From assembly GCA_965197525.1 (NCBI GenBank), contig OZ240211.1:1184001-1248000 (forward strand): DNA of 64,000 bases, written 5' to 3'. Both the position numbers and the translations under genes were made by a program. Shown one piece after another: positions 61,588 through 64,000 of this stretch. This stretch comes from Nitrosopumilus sp. Lineage in GTDB: Archaea; Thermoproteota; Nitrososphaeria; Nitrososphaerales; Nitrosopumilaceae. The notes beneath the pieces were generated by a model. That model saw only the letters and a program-made list of their open reading frames with translations. It searched no databases and was not told the origin of the DNA. How positions within the stretch are numbered: the first letter of the stretch is position 1; each line of letters opens with the position of its first letter.

Positions 61588-64000
61588 CTAGAAGAACACG
61601 CCGAACAAGGACTCAAACCATCCCTTAATCATGCCGAATACATCCTGATCTTGTTGAATTAGCTCGCATGTGTCGTCTACCAGTTCGGTCCCCGTCGCGC
61701 AAATCGACGGCTGGTTTGGATCCGGTATCGGTTCCGGTTCGACTTGCGTGTCTACGGCAGTGCCTGGCTCCGGGTCGACTTGCGTGTCTACGGCAGTGCC
61801 TGGCTCCGGGTCGACTTGCGTGTCTACGGCAGTGCCTGGCTCCGGGTCGACTTGCGTGTCTACGGCAGTGTCTAACTTTGGCTCAACCTGCGTGTCTACG
61901 GCAGTGTCTGGATCCGGTTCAACTTGCGTGTCTACGGCAGTGTCTGGATCCGGTTCAACTTGCGTGTCTACGGCAGTGTCTGGATCCGGTTCAACTTGCG
62001 TGTCTACGGCAGTGTCTGGATCCGGTTCAGCTGTGGAATTAATAGTGACGATGTCAGATGAAATCACGGTTATCTCATAGGTACGGGAGTTGTCCGTGCC
62101 GTAGTCTCCCGTAGATGTTATGTCCACCGTGTACGATCCAGCGTGCCCGTTCGGCACCGACAACATGTTGAGGACACTGCCGTTTATCTCAAAGTAGTCC
62201 GAGTCTCCTTCCGAGCCTATGCCATACTCTGGGTTCTGGCCGTCCAAGTACGGGTTTCGTGTGGAAATATTCCCGACTGCGCCAGGCACATCACTGCTCT
62301 CAATGACATTGTCGTCCAGTACTATGTACCACGGGCCTAGGTTTTGGTCAAACGCGTCGGCGCGGAAGAGCATGGCATTTATGCGGGTTGTATCTACGAT
62401 GTTCCATTCGGAGATATCGCTATTGAAGGAAGACGTAGACCTGAACATGTCTGCCATGTCAGTCACGCGCGAGACGTCCCAGTCCGAGACGTCGCCGTCA
62501 AAGGAGCTGGCGCGGTTGAACATGCCATACATGTCAGTCACGCGCGAGACGTCCCAGTCCGAGACGTCGCCGTCAAAGGAGCTGGCGTGCCAGAACATCT
62601 CTGACATGTCGCTGACGTTCGAGACATCCCATGCGGAGATATCGGAGTTGAATAATGGGGCGTCCTTGAACATGTACGACATGTCGCTGACGTTCGAGAC
62701 ATCCCAGGCCGATAGGTCACCATCAAAGGATGAGGCACCATCGAACATATGTTCCATGTCAGTCACACGCGAAAAGTCTGGTATGTCAGATGCGTTGTAT
62801 GTCATATTGGATGCGCCCCTGAACGCAGAGTGCATCGACGTCCACTGCGAGTCGCCCCATTGGTCTATCGACATCAGCTTGTGCGCGTCGACATGGTCGT
62901 CGAGGCGGATCTCCTCTATGTCACCGGATATGCGTACAGTATGATTTCCGGCAGAATCGTACGTATGAGTCTGGCTGCCCCTGACACCTTCTTCCATCGT
63001 CCCGTCGCCCCAATCGATCGTGTACGTGCCACGGGCCGGAATCGTCACGGACTCGCCTGCCATGACGGTCTCCCACATTGTGATAAAGTCCAGATCGCCT
63101 GACACGTCTTTTACAGTGACTAGGACGGTGTCAGTGGAAGCGGTCAAGCCGTCACTGACTGTCAGCGTAAAGGTTACTGTCGTGTCGGTATCCACCGACG
63201 GTGCTACGAACGTGGCAATCGGCAAGGAGGCGTCGAATGTTATCTCCATAGTTGAGTCATGGCTCCACGTGTACGTCAGGTCGTCGCCGTCGGGATCGGT
63301 GGCGGCTCCGTTGAGCGTGACTGTCCGACCCTCTTGGACTGCCTGATCCTGGCCGGCATTGGCGACAGGCGGACTGTTGAGAATTGGCCCGTCAGTGACT
63401 GTGACTACAAGCGAGTCGGCGGCAGTGACGGTGCCGTCATCGGCAGTCAGCGTGAATGTTATTGCAGTGTCCGCGTCAACTTGAGGGGTGGTAAACGTGG
63501 TGGACGGCGAGGCCAAATTGGTCAGCCGGATGTCCAAAGACGAGTTGTGGCTCCACGTGTATGTCGGGGTACCGTTGCCAGCATCAATTACAATCCCGTT
63601 GAGCGTTACCGTGGTACCTTCGGGCACGGTCTGGTCAGATCCGGCATCGATGTTAAGCGGGATGCTGGGTGGGATTCCGGTGACGGTAATCACCACGGCT
63701 CTGGAGTTTGACTGGCCAAAACCACCTGAAGACAGTATGGTAATGGTGAACGAGTCCTGCGTACCGTCTGGAGTGGATTTGAACCTTAGGACATTATCGT
63801 TAATCTCGAACTGGTCGCCGTCGTCTGTGCTACCTACAGAATATACGATGTCCTGGTTATCTCTGAGCCATGCATTCTGTGGCGATATGGTTGTGACATG
63901 TAGCGTGGCGTCATCGTACTCTGCTGAGGTGCTGTCAAGTACGATGTACCATTTCCCCAGGTTCTGGTTGAACTTGGGGGCGTAAAAGAACATATATTCC
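61588..64000 (-). CDS. BspA-like/DUF285 surface protein with cadherin/PKD-like domains (5'-truncated by the window edge)
   Basis: 25-aa repeats WDVS.V.DM..MF..A..F, IDWGDG PKD motif, NAGSDQ/VANAGQDQ domains; frame is open past the window end. Confidence 0.9.
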   Translation of the reverse strand, partial: EYMFFYAPKFNQNLGKWYIVLDSTSAEYDDATLHVTTISPQNAWLRDNQDIVYSVGSTDDGDQFEINDNVLRFKSTPDGTQDSFTITILSSGGFGQSNSRAVVITVTGIPPSIPLNIDAGSDQTVPEGTTVTLNGIVIDAGNGTPTYTWSHNSSLDIRLTNLASPSTTFTTPQVDADTAITFTLTADDGTVTAADSLVVTVTDGPILNSPPVANAGQDQAVQEGRTVTLNGAATDPDGDDLTYTWSHDSTMEITFDASLPIATFVAPSVDTDTTVTFTLTVSDGLTASTDTVLVTVKDVSGDLDFITMWETVMAGESVTIPARGTYTIDWGDGTMEEGVRGSQTHTYDSAGNHTVRISGDIEEIRLDDHVDAHKLMSIDQWGDSQWTSMHSAFRGASNMTYNASDIPDFSRVTDMEHMFDGASSFDGDLSAWDVSNVSDMSYMFKDAPLFNSDISAWDVSNVSDMSEMFWHASSFDGDVSDWDVSRVTDMYGMFNRASSFDGDVSDWDVSRVTDMADMFRSTSSFNSDISEWNIVDTTRINAMLFRADAFDQNLGPWYIVLDDNVIESSDVPGAVGNISTRNPYLDGQNPEYGIGSEGDSDYFEINGSVLNMLSVPNGHAGSYTVDITSTGDYGTDNSRTYEITVISSDIVTINSTAEPDPDTAVDTQVEPDPDTAVDTQVEPDPDTAVDTQVEPDPDTAVDTQVEPKLDTAVDTQVDPEPGTAVDTQVDPEPGTAVDTQVDPEPGTAVDTQVEPEPIPDPNQPSICATGTELVDDTCELIQQDQDVFGMIKGWFESLFGVFF
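61741..62028. repeat. 36-bp coding VNTR, 8 units ((E/D)P(D/E)P(D/G)TAVDTQV)
   Basis: 4x EPDPDTAVDTQV, 1x EPKLDTAVDTQV, 3x DPEPGTAVDTQV; contiguous, no spacers. Confidence 0.95.

Noticed and set aside
61741-62028. 36-bp repeats as a CRISPR array
   Set aside because: Contiguous with no unique spacers, in frame within a coding sequence, no cas genes
841-63985. Many short antisense or overlapping ORFs in the track (e.g. 841..1545, 62219..62944, 63488..63985)
   Set aside because: Shadow ORFs opposite well-supported genes, with no motifs of their own

Overview
Archaeal chromosomal window, most likely Nitrososphaerota (Thaumarchaeota, Nitrosopumilaceae-like). The evidence is aIF2-alpha/gamma, rps6e, Nop10, PriS/PriL, RPA, Lsm, a CdvB/ESCRT-III protein, a PEFG-CTERM protein, a cupredoxin, bacterial-type MetK and anaerobic-route cobalamin genes in two clusters. 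Most of the window is housekeeping. Accessory or decayed segments are interspersed: a frameshifted cupredoxin; a decayed ISH3-family IS with TIRs and a near-TSD; a stand-alone NurA-HerA pair; an FTR1 iron permease with a surface protein carrying a 0.6-kb internal duplication and an in-frame stop; a hairpin-rich region after tRNA-Gly(CCC) with an 83-bp MITE and a two-copy structured module; a GHKL/MORC-like ATPase plus partner; and a GC-rich BspA/DUF285 surface protein with a 36-bp VNTR. Low-complexity insertions in core proteins, gene decay and the BspA protein suggest a host-associated lineage (inference only). The best candidates for an undescribed system are the orphan NurA-HerA pair, the GHKL two-gene module and the duplicated, possibly switchable iron-scavenging surface protein. 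All family assignments come from motif recognition by eye; no searches were run.
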